A DNA stretch of 64,000 bases from Octopus bimaculoides (taxonomy: Eukaryota), in the NCBI RefSeq assembly GCF_001194135.2, contig NC_068994.1, positions 39,487,071-39,551,070 on the forward strand, given 5' to 3'. Numbering within the stretch: the first letter of the stretch is position 1; every line of letters begins with the position of its first letter. The notes beneath the pieces are model-generated. The model did no database searches and was not told the origin of the DNA. It worked only from the letters and a program-made list of their open reading frames with translations. Positions 26,612 to 37,570 of the stretch are shown here, piece by piece. The translations under genes were made by a program, and so were the position numbers.

Positions 26612-26960
26612 TTCTAATTTAGGTACAAGCTAAGCAATTTTTGAAGGGAAGGTTTAATGGAGACCATCTAGCCCAGTATGTGACTGGTACTTGCTTTCTT
26701 TGATCAGCAGAGAGATGAGAAGCAAAGTTAGAATTTGAACTCTGAAGTCAAAGAACCAGAATAAATATCACAAGGCATTTTGTCTGATACGCTGCTAACC
26801 CACCTACACAATAATAATAAAAGCAAAAAATTTGATAAAAAATTGACCCCAGTATCTGAATGATATTGTATTTTATCAACCCCTAAAAAGATGAAAGACA
26901 AATGTCTTTGTCTGGATTTGAACTCACAATATAAAGAGCTAGAAGAAACACTACAAGGTA
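26612..26960 (-). mobile_element. Two degenerate family A SINE copies
   Basis: GAATTTGAACTCTG and GATTTGAACTCAC cores, each preceded by GACCCCAGTA-type and GATGAAAG-type motifs. Confidence 0.55.
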
Positions 26961-28437
26961 GTGATTCATTGCTTGAAAAATTCTGTGCAATATATAAACA
27001 GGAGCAATAGCTATCATGATGTAGATACTAACCATAATGCAAAAACCATACCAGGGCTGATAACATCACAGCATCCAAAAATTTATTGTGATAGGCACAA
27101 CCCGCTTCCTTATCAAGACACTTTCATTTCAATACCATAATTCACACAGTGTGCACTTTGCACGACTCATATATGTAATCTATATAATCCTCACCCAATA
27201 AAACAACAAAGCTACTTATGTAATATGCGCTACTCAATGTAGAGTTCTTGATATATATATGTATTTATGTATGTATGTATGTATATATATATGTATGTAT
27301 ACACACATGCACCCACACACACAGACATCCATATACATACATAAAAATGCATACATACGAAGCAAACTATAAATGACCAAGCATTAAACATAGTTCTAGA
27401 TGAATTGACAATGATATTAACACACAAAGAAAACATCATTAAAACAATATTATAAAGTTAACAATGTCCAATTATAGAGTGATATTAAACAGTATTACAA
27501 AGTAGTCAAATAATATGGAACAGAGAAAATAGTTAGCAATATTAGAAGGTGGTTGAATACTATCCAACAGTATTAAGAAGAAGCTGAAAAGCAAGCATAA
27601 AGGTTTTATTCTCTATTCCCAATTGAGAAAACGAGAAAACATCTGCATTAATGATAGTAATAAAACTGTACAACAGCAGAGACAACAATGATAATGATAG
27701 AATAATTGGTGCATATCTTTCTGTCGATATCAAGAATTTAGCTTCAATATTGCCAGCTTGAGGTAAGATTAGAGAATTAAATTACTTTTTATTGACTATT
27801 ATTGACTGTAAAGATTAGACTAAATGGTCGGTGTTGTAGGTAAAGTGCTTGCCGGCTTGCTACAGGAAGCTGTGTGTTCTACAGGAGGAGTGTTACTGTA
27901 CAATCCCTAAGGACCTCTTTATGTGTGACTGCACTACATTTCCAATAGAAATAATTGGCACCATTAAGAAAATCCTGCTTATGAAGAAGAAAAAGACTAA
28001 CTTTATTTCTCAAGAGCCTGGGGAGATAGATATATATAGATAAAAACGTACAGAGACACAGAAATACCACACACAGAAAGACATATATATATATATATAT
28101 NNNNNNNNNNNNNNNNNNNNNNNNNNNNNNNNNNNNNNNNNNNNNNNNNNNNNNNNNNNNNNNNNNNNNNNNNNNNNNNNNNNNNNNNNNNNNNNNNNNN
28201 NNNNNNNNNNNNNNNNNNNNNNNNNNNNNNNNNNNNNNNNNNNNNNNNNNNNNNNNNNNNNNNNNNNNNNNNNNNNNNNNNNNNNNNNNNNNNNNNNNNN
28301 NNNNNNNNNNNNNNNNNNNNNNNNNNNNNNNNNNNNNNNNNNNNNNNNNNNNNNNNNNNNNNNNNNNNNNNNNNNNNNNNNNNNNNNNNNNNNNNNNNNN
28401 NNNNNNNNNNNNNNNNNNNNNNNNNNNNNNNNNNNNN

Positions 28438-28489
<52 letters not shown>

Positions 28490-29704
28490 ATATACAGATA
28501 CACATATATATGTGTGTGTATAAGTGTATATATATATTTATATATAAATGTAGACACACACATATGTATATTGGCATGTATGTAATGGAGTAGAAGAAAT
28601 TATCAGAAAAAGTAGGTGAGGGAAAAAGATGTATGTATATATTCAAGAGAATAGCAAACTGTTTGAGACTAAGAATGAAAAACTAGAAAGCATTGAATGA
28701 AAGAAAAAGAGAGTTAAAGGGAGAAAAAAGATAGATAAATGGATAGATATAGTGACAGACAGACAGACAAAGAGAGAGAGAGTAAGAAAGACTACGAGAA
28801 ATTTATGGTGGAAAGCAAAAGTGTGAAATGGAGACAGAGAATGAGGGACAAAATGAAATTTACTAAGAGAATAAAAATAAGAAAGACACATGATAAACGA
28901 AAAGAGAGAGAAATATTTGTAGGGATAGATAGATATATAGATACATAGATATACAGTCAGATACACTGAAGTAGTGTAAATATATAAGAAAGAAGAGGAT
29001 AAGCATAACAGTATAGAAGTGCAGAATAGAAAACAAGAACCATGAATATACATATAGAAAGTAATGGTTATTGCCATCTAATAGAGTGAACGAACTGCAA
29101 CCATTATCATATATTATCCTACAATAGTCATGAAACTAAATGTATTAAATAATGTTGCATATTAAAAAGATATGACACAGCAGCATAACACACAATAAAT
29201 TTGTAAAGGTTGAATTCACTTTAAATAGACAGTTTATGCCAAGACTTCTATAACGGCTGAAGTTCAGACTATTAATGTAACTGAATAAAAGCAAGGACTA
29301 TATTGCAGCATTCAGTGTCTTAGTTATAACCTAAACACAGATGAATCAGTCAACAATACTGGCTATTATTAAATGTCATCATTACTTCCTTGTCCATTAA
29401 GTAAAGTCTGATAGAACTAAAGATTTAAAGAAACGGTAAGAGCTAAGAAGTGAATGAAATATTATTGCCTCCACAACAAGTCAGACATCTAAAAGAGCAA
29501 AACTAACGTGCTTAACTGCAATGATGATACAGAAAAATCTAAATTGAATATAATATCAGTGGGTGGTTGCAACTTAATTGCCTAATATTCTTCATTATAA
29601 AAAAAAGCCCCAAACTTCTGAAAAATTTTAGGAATCTTAAAAAAAAATCTAAAAGCACACAGAGGCATTTTTCTTTTAACTTTTTTTTTTTTGTCTACTG
29701 ATAG

Positions 29705-29745
29705 GAATCATATTCATGGATTCTGTAAGGTCTCCTCCAGAGCAG
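29705..29745 (+). CDS. Candidate 41-nt exon (GIIFMDSVRSPPEQ or NHIHGFCKVSSRA)
   Basis: A long poly-T/pyrimidine tract ends in GATAG, and the donor is CAG|GTGAG. Two frames are open and both continue into 31637. Confidence 0.3.
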
Positions 29746-29987
29746 GTGAGATTATTACAGTTAAAGCTCCTCTTAAACACCTGCAGCAAGTCAACAGCTG
29801 TAGAGAGAAAAATCCTAATGGTTCACTTTCTGGGGAGAAGGGCTGAATTACTGCTAAGTGTAGGTCTTGAGAAAGGACAGAATTACAACACAGTAATGAG
29901 AGGAGAAAAGATGAGTGAGTTGGGTAGGCCTTAGTAGAGGTGACATGAGCTCAACTATCTCTGAGAAGCAGTTGCCTCTGTACAAGA

Positions 29988-30041
29988 GGTGGTGGTGGTG
30001 GTGGTGGTGGTGGCGGCTGCGGCGGCGGTGGTGGTCTTGGC

Positions 30042-30082
<41 letters not shown>

Positions 30083-30107
30083 CAGCAGCAGCAGCAGTAG
30101 CAGCAGA
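29988..30107. repeat. (GGT)n(GGC)(AGT)n(AGC)n microsatellite
   Basis: Visible directly. Confidence 0.95.
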
Positions 30108-30214
30108 AATGAACCACAGTTTGGAGTGTATTTTCATTCATGTTTAAGTTAAGGCCATATCTTTCAATTTATCATAAAGTTTGCCTGATAAATTGCATAA
30201 ATTTAAATTGTAAA

Positions 30215-30362
30215 ATGGATGGCAAACAGGCATAGTTGCTAGAGTCTAGAACAAAATGTCTTGAAGTATTTGTCCCAATCCTCTGCACTCTGAGTTCAAA
30301 TACCAGCAAGGTAAACTTTGTCTTTCATTCTTTTGAAGTACATAAAATAAAGTACCAGTCCC
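30215..30362 (+). mobile_element. SINE family A, degenerate
   Basis: CTGAGTTCAAATACC...AACTTTGTCTTTCATTCTTTTG...ATAAAATAAAGTACCAG. Confidence 0.6.
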
Positions 30363-30554
30363 AAGTGAAAAAAAAAAAATAGAATTGCTTGTGTATCAGA
30401 AGTGCCAACATGCAATATTTCTTCTAACTCCTCACATTCTGAATTCTTGGGTGGTAGACCTTAATTTGTCACCTGGCTTAATATCACCATCTGGGTTTCA
30501 GGTAATTCTATTAGAGTTCACTGTGCTGCAAGCATTTGGGCCATAATCTTACAC

Positions 30555-31120
30555 ATTTTACTTTTACTTGTTTCACTCAATGAACTAAGACCATGTTGGA
30601 GCACCACCTCAAAGGGCTTTAGTTGAATAAATCTGTTCCAGTACCTGCTTTTCTTTCAAGTCTCATATTTATCCTATTGGTCTGCTTTACCAAAGTATTA
30701 AGTTATGGGGATGTAAATAAACCAACACCTGTTGTCCAATGGTGGTGGTGGTGGTGTAACAAGCACAGGTATAAATTCACACATAGATACACATATATAC
30801 ATCATTCTTCCATGTGACTGACTTGAAAAATTGCTAAAATATTAAGACATTCTTCTTAACATGAAACCAATGGTAGCCTTAATACACAAATAAATTTTAT
30901 CTACAAATGTGCTGCTGAGCACTCATTCTCATTGTTTGACATTTATGTATATATGTATATGCTGGGCTTCAACATAATTTCCATCTACCAAATTCACTCA
31001 CAAGGCATTGGTTAGTCTTGTACCTTACTCAAGACACTTGTCCAAGATGCTATTCAGTGGGACTGAAACCAAAACTATGTGGTTGCAATGTGAGCCTCTT
31101 AACCACACATTCATAGTTGC
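30555..31120 (-). mobile_element. SINE family B, tail and head separated by an expanded centre
   Basis: Tail at 30555-30775 (CTTGTTTCACTCAATG...CCATGTTGGAGCACCACC) and head at 30965-31120 (CACTCACAAGGCATTGG...GACACTTGTCCAAG...GGGACTGAAACC). Confidence 0.7.
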
Positions 31121-31636
31121 ACCATGCTTCTGGTTTAAGGATAACTTCTTCCCTTCCTTCCACCAGCTTTAAAATCCCCGGAAACAAGGTCATGGAGGTT
31201 GCCTTTCCCTCTCTGACTATGAGGTAAAAAAGGAATAAGTTGAATAGCTCATATTTCAAAATGATAAAACAGGTGCACATAATCACAAAATGTTATTCCT
31301 AGACAAAGAAGAATAGGCAAATTATTAAAAAGAATAGATTATGGTCCAAGTATTCTAACTTATTCATAAGAAAAATAAACCCAAGTTGAATTCATTAATT
31401 CAATATCCCTTTAACCACAAGTGAATTCTTTAACAATGAAAATTATTGAAGAAATGTTTGAAACAAATTCCTGCTACCAACAACTTTGGAAAATGTAATT
31501 CATAAAACCGTGTGCTTACTGCACTTGGTAACTTCTCTGATTCTCATCTCTTGACTAAAATAAATGTAATTTGAAATTAAAAAACATGTAATACTTCTTG
31601 AAAAAAAATTAAGTAGCTCTTTCTTTGCCATCTTAG

Positions 31637-31740
31637 GATTCTTTTTCGGAATTAAAATTGGCAACTTTTGTTTTGCCTGCAAAAGAAGAGCTCATGAGAT
31701 TTTTCTTGAATGCCAATATCTAAAAACAAATATTCCTTGG
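31637..31740 (+). CDS. Candidate exon (GFFFGIKIGNFCFACKRRAHEIFLECQYLKTNIPW, or DSFSELKLATFVLPAKEELMRFFLNANI*)
   Basis: Acceptor CTCTTTCTTTGCCATCTTAG and donor TGG|GTAATA. It conflicts with an overlapping minus-strand candidate. No homology recognised. Confidence 0.25.
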
Positions 31741-33329
31741 GTAATACAGAGAGAAGGTTTAATGAATTAAGTTATTGTCATAAGTTGGATGAGAAATTAA
31801 TGAGAACTGCATCAAGACAAAGAAGAACAATTTGTCAAATACTTTAATTTGAAATGACAGCATAGTGAATTGTCTAATAAAAAATTATTTGCATCAACTT
31901 TTTAGGCAAATTTATGATTGAGATGTGTATTTCTGTATTTGTATATATGTATTCATACAAGCATATATATAAATACTTACATGTATATAGACCAGAATTT
32001 GTTGTATTAGAATCAGCTCTGCAACATTCAAAATTACAAGTGGCTCTAAGTATATCAGTAGAAATTTCAGATAGTTGATGAGAATGATTTTGCTGCTTTT
32101 GATTTTCAGTATTAAATTTTGGAGTAGTTCTAGTAAAAATCTCTGATATGCATGATGCAAGCATGATATAAAAAGAACATATTGCTTCATTTCTCATAAA
32201 CCAGCATGTTCTAACTGAGAATATCAATGGTATTTAATAGAACTGATCTGATGAAGTTCAAAAGGCTATTTCTTCAATTATATCTGCAAGTTGATTAGTT
32301 TCTCTATACTATACACAACTGTAAATCCTAATATAAAGGAAAGAAATATGAGAATATGAAGCCTTACAGCTGTTGATTGGAAGCTGAAACTCTTAAACTA
32401 TAATCAATTTAAAACAAACGTTTATTAATCGTGAAAAGCTTAAACTAAAATAAGCCCATAGGGAAAATAATCACTCTTGATTTATATAGCAGATATTTGT
32501 GTCTAATTGCAGCAACATACTATTATAAGATAAAAAAAAAAAAAAACAGAACCATAGCCTGTGTTGGCTAAAATATGACAAAAATGCTGTGGTTACAAAG
32601 AAAATAAATATGAATGACAACATGCAGTGCAAAAGATTAGCTCTTCAGTAAAGGCAAGGAAAATAAAGGAGACAATGCAATCAGGAAAAAGGAGAATCAA
32701 TATTGGATACTGGTTTCTCTGAGCTATGAGACTTTTCTTAGATAAAATTCACAGAAAAAATACAATAGCTAAGTTATAAATATTGCCATATTTTTCATGA
32801 AAATAAGGACAGTTCAATGATGCTAATGCTGTTGATAATGAAAATGGTATTGAAAATCTTTAAGTCTGTATCCAATTTATTATTAGCCAAAAATTAATAG
32901 ATGTTTATCTTCTTTATCTAATCTATCAACCATTCATATTCTTTTTAAAATCTTTAATTCTAGAAACAGAATAAATGAATAAGGCTATAATTAGAGCTCT
33001 GATTTGGCTTATCTTTTCATTGCTATATATTTAGAACTTCTAGATATGACATTTCTTTTTCCAATTTAGAAATGTTTTAGATGTATTTTTTAATGAGGGA
33101 TGCTTAGAACCAGTGCCAGACTTAAGCATAAGCTAAGCAGGCTACATCTTAAAACCTCACAATTTGCCAGAGACTTAAAATAGTTACAAATCAAAGATGT
33201 TTTCAATTTTTGTGAAACCTTCTGATGTGATTTTTAATAAGAGGTTTCTAAGGTTAACATAGATTTGGACCCCACCAGGTCTAAATCCAACACTATTTAC
33301 AATATATCTGAATGGCATTACATTTTTTT

Positions 33330-33708
33330 TTTATTTTGCTAGCTTCAGTTATTAGACTACAGCCATGTTGGAGTGTTGCTTCTAAGTGCTTTAGTTAAGA
33401 ATACTTACACTGGAACTAATTTCAGTCTGGTGTTTATTTCATTGTTCTATGTTTCAGTTGACAATTAAGTAGGAACTTTTACACAATTAAGCATAAATAC
33501 AGATACAGAAGTAAACACATATGTTTGAACATGCACACACACAAATTAAATGACCAGCATCTACACATTATTGTTCAACAAATACCCATTCACAAGATAG
33601 TGGCCAACCCAACACTACAGAAGAAGACAGTTATTCCAAGGTACCATAAAGTAGAATTGAACCTGGAATCATGCAGTTGAAAAGCCCACATCTTTGCCAT
33701 AGAGTTAG
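33330..33708 (-). mobile_element. SINE family B, full length but old
   Basis: Tail CTTCAGTTATTAGACTACAGCCATGTTGGAGTG, head CCAAGGTACCATAAAGTAGAATTGAACCTGGAATCATG. Confidence 0.6.
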
Positions 33709-35280
33709 TTATATATGCATCTCTATAGGTAGCTTCATTTTTAGTTTATTGAAGGCCAAAAGTTTAGATGCTGGGTTCACAATCCACTTTCCCCAAACTG
33801 GCAAAGTTAATAACAGTTATGACTTTCAAGTTTATTGCTTCATTTGAATAAGCATTCATTCCCACATCAGCCATAAATTACCCTAATTTGATGTTTCCTG
33901 GATGTCAAGAGTCTCTCAACTTTCTAACATGGTTATCAATCAACCACTTCTTCATTGCTACTTATATATGCATTTTTTCCCTCAATAAGTCATATTTACT
34001 TCTTTAAACTGGTTCCTCATTCAATTACTCTTATTTCTCACTGAATACAAACTAGCTTCTCTCATTATAGCCATGAACAATGATAATATTTTATTAATAA
34101 TATTTCTATAATATTAATGACTTCGCCTAGATACTGTCTTTTTTTGCACACAGCACAATAGTTCTTTGACAAATAAGTCCCGTGTGATCTGGGCTTGTAA
34201 TTATTTCCCTATATCTAACACTTATGTAGCCTTAAAAAATATTACATTTCTTTTTTCTAAAGTACTAATTCGAATTTCATGGAAAAATCATTTCAGTGAT
34301 GTACAGTATAAGGAACTTAGCAACTGATAGACATCTAGGAACAACTTCTCTATATTTTTTCATAAACATTTCATATTTTGTAAACTGTTTGTGCTGTCAA
34401 ATTCTCAGATGTAAATTCTCATATTTCAACTTACATTGTGTTTATTTTATGTATTTTGAATGAGATTCTGCAGTAAACTTAATTTCTAAACAGTATCGTA
34501 TTAAAATCTTACCATTCTGTTTAAGTCATTTAAAAAAAATTTACAACAAAAATTCTGAGTAAACTGTTTTATTTTCAAATAAAGAAAGAATATAAAACCT
34601 TGACTACATATTAAGGTCTTGTTTTACTGATTAATTCAGTGCTTCATAGTGAAATATTTAATAAAAGTAAAATATTAAGCCAAATAAACAAAACGAATGT
34701 TCTGATTTTAAGCTTATTAAGTCAGAGGAACCTGTGCAATCTTAACTTATTAATTCTTTATAATTAATAGGATTTATAAATTTATGAAAGAAATAAGCAT
34801 TCTAATTCAGCAACATTGTGCAACAGAAAAATTTAAAATTCTTTGCTTTAGAAAATTATATTAGAAGAAAATATGAAATATCACCCATTCCACATTGTAA
34901 GCAAGCACACATACACACATAAAAAAAACAACAATATTTTATCACAATATATAGATATCTATATTTGTTTGAAATGTTAAATTTTTTTTTTACAAGCTTT
35001 TGGTCATTTCTTCAGCTTCCTATATTGAAGATTAGGATAGAGTATTCCAAACTAGAACTTTCCTCTGTCAAACTTATCATATATCGTTATCACATCTGTA
35101 TTGTATCTACCTTCACTCGGTGCCTTAATTTCCATCTGCTTTCTTAACTTGTCTGAATATAAATGTTCTTGAGTAAGATAAACACAATCTTTTGATGTTA
35201 AATCTATTGTCTACTATACTAGTGCCTGCAGACATCTCTTCACTGACATTTGTCGTATCAGATTTACACTATACATTATC

Positions 35281-35500
35281 TTTTATCTTTTACTTGTTTC
35301 AGTCATTAGACTGTGGCCATGCTGGGGCACTACCTTGAAGAATTTTTAGTCAAATGAATTGATCCCAGGAATTATATTTTTATAATGCCTGGTACTTATT
35401 CCATTGATCTCATTTGCCAAGCTGTTAAGTTACAGGAATGTAAACACACCAACACGATTTGTCAAGTGGTGGGAGAGGGGGACAAACACAGAGACACACA
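35281..35500 (-). mobile_element. SINE family B tail
   Basis: TTTTATCTTTTACTTGTTTCAGTCATTAGACTGTGGCCATGCTGGGGCAC...GGGGGACAAACACAGAGACAC. Confidence 0.8.
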
Positions 35501-35525
35501 CATAGATATATATCTATATACATAG

Positions 35526-35569
<44 letters not shown>

Positions 35570-35981
35570 TGCATAGTATATGTGTGTGTGTATGTAAAAG
35601 GGAATCATGTGAATGCTTGTGTGTGTGTGTGTGTGTGTGTGCAATGGACGTGGGTTTGTGAACATTCAACGCTAAAAAGAAAAATCAAATAGCATTTCAA
35701 CTTTGTGTGAGTATATGTGTGCATGTGTGTTCAAGGGGAGTATGTGAATGTTTGTATCTGATTATTAGGTACCTTATTTTATACCTTATTTATATATAAA
35801 TTACTACAATTAGCCATCATTTTTGATGGCACGAGGCCAGCTAGTCTATGATAATTATGAACTCACTATAGCCTTGTGATTGAATTTGGTAAATGGAAAG
35901 CAGATAAATGCCATTATATGTATGTGTGTATGAATGTATATATGTGTATGAATATATATCTATATATATATATATATATAT

Positions 35982-36166
35982 AGATATGCAGGGCAGGGAA
36001 TCATCAATTAGTAATAAAATTAATAATTAACAATTTCTGCCGGGTAGCTCAGTATGAAAAAAACCTTCTTCGGTAAATAATAATTTATAATCATAAATAT
36101 ATAGGGATTGACAGTAACCTGCTTCTCCAACAGGTTACTGTCAATCCCTATATATTTATGATTATA
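35982..36166. mobile_element. Fold-back-terminated element in (TA)n with a perfect 36-bp inverted repeat
   Basis: 36086-36121 is the exact reverse complement of 36131-36166, with a 9-nt loop CTTCTCCAA. A unique ~100-bp leader precedes it and (TA)n flanks both sides. Confidence 0.7.
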
Positions 36167-36180
36167 TATATATATATATA

Positions 36181-36853
36181 GAAGTGCTGATCTCTAACCG
36201 TACAGGTAACCCGTTGAAGAGGTAGACCCATGAAGACATGGGATGAAGTGGTGAAGCATGATCTTTGAACATTGGGCCTCATGGAAGCATTGACCGAGAC
36301 CTTTGGCAATATACAGCACTTGAGAAGGCCCGTCAAGCTAAATGCAATGATAGTCATGGCCAATGTCAGTGTCACATAATTGGCACTGATGCCAGTGGCA
36401 TGTAAAAAGCACCTTTCAAGCATTGGGGCTCACAGAGGCAATGTGATTGATGCTGGTGTTGCATAGCTGGCACCTGTGCTGGTGACACATAAAAAGCACT
36501 TTTGAGTGTTGGGCTTCACAGAAGTATCTGGCACTCATGTCTAATGCCAGTGTTACATAACTGGTACCTGTGCTAGTGGCATGTAAAAAGAGTCATTCAA
36601 GCATTGGGCTTCATCAAGCCTAGTGAAATCCTAGTCATAACTGATAATGGTTTCATGCAGCTGTCACCCATGCTGGTGGCATGTAAAAGCACCCATCACG
36701 CTCTCAGAGTGGTTGGCATCAGGAAGAGCAACTAGCCATAGAAACCATGCCAAATCAGACCAGAGTATGGTGCAGCTCCTCAACTTACCAGCTATGGTCA
36801 AACCATCCAACCCATGCCAGCATAGACTATGGATGTTAAATGGTGATGATGAT
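36181..36853 (+). mobile_element. RTE-clade LINE 3' end with a tandemly repeated 3' UTR
   Basis: KC*SLTVQVTR*RGRPMKTWDEVVKHDL*TLGLMEA is the RTE C-terminus. Four ~90-100-bp units follow, then AACCCATGCCAGCAT...GATGTTAAAT and a (GAT)n tail. Confidence 0.85.
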
Positions 36854-36859
36854 ATAACC

Positions 36860-37170
36860 TTGTAAAAGAGATGACAGAGGTGTGAGATATCTGGTTCATT
36901 GTTATACTCAAGAAGACCCACTTACCACAATAGAACTGAAGTCCTAAAACCAAGGTGCCACATAAAATGCCTTGGTGATGGTGCTGGTGCCAGATAAAAA
37001 CCACCCAGTACAATCTGTGGAGTGTTTGGTATTAGGAAGAGCATCCAGCTGTAGAAACAAAATAGACAATAGAACCTGGAGTAGCCTCTGGCCTTTCCAT
37101 TTCTTGTCAAGCTGACCAGACCATGCCAACATGGAAAATGGACATTAATTGTTTATGATGATGATGATGA
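36860..37170 (+). mobile_element. Second RTE-type 3' end, in tandem with the first
   Basis: KEMTEV*DIWFIVILKKTH-like ORF end, then TAGGAAGAGCATCCAGCTGTAGAAAC...CATGCCAACATGGAAAATGGACATT and a (GAT)n tail. Confidence 0.75.
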
Positions 37171-37266
37171 TATATGTATGTATATTAATGTATATGCATG
37201 TATATATATTAATATATATACATATAGATACTGTATATACATTAATATGGATGTATATATATATTT

Positions 37267-37570
37267 GTTTTGCAAGATTTTTGATGTGAAATCGTGTGTT
37301 GAAACAGATGTTGTTGTACTTGGGGATGGTCATATTGCCAGTTTAGCCAATAAAAACATACGCACTCTATATTTGTCTCACCTTGCTACACATAAGAAGG
37401 AAGGAAACAAAGGACCACTGATGAGGTCACAGAAGTGTGACGAAAGAACTCTGGCTGAAATAAGATTAAGATTAATGTAATATAAAGCTGAAGCAAGTTA
37501 ACACCAAATATACAGTGCGTGTGTTTTTATTGGCTAAACTGGCAATATGACCATCCCCAAGTACAACAAC
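37267..37570. mobile_element. Penelope-like non-autonomous fold-back element carrying a hammerhead ribozyme
   Basis: 66-bp inverted arms at 37310-37375 and 37505-37570 (64/66 matches), with a hammerhead in the 129-nt loop. GATGTATATATAT(AT)TT occurs on both sides as a TSD-like duplication. Confidence 0.75.
37415..37454 (+). ncRNA. Minimal type-I hammerhead ribozyme (Penelope-type)
   Basis: CCA CTGATGA G GTCACA GAAG TGTGAC GAAA G AA C TC TGG. The CUGANGA and GAAA cores are intact. Stem II is 6 bp, stem III is 2 bp, stem I is CCA/TGG, and the CUC triplet predicts cleavage after 37451. Confidence 0.7.

Noticed and set aside
29716-29934. 72-aa ORF MDSVRSPPEQ... as a single-exon gene
   Set aside because: It reads through a consensus CAG|GTGAG donor and has no recognisable domain. 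Only the upstream 41 nt is kept, as an exon candidate.
36340-36700. Repeat-spacer-like array suggesting CRISPR
   Set aside because: The context is eukaryotic, the units are long and degenerate, there are no cas genes, and it sits in an RTE 3' UTR.
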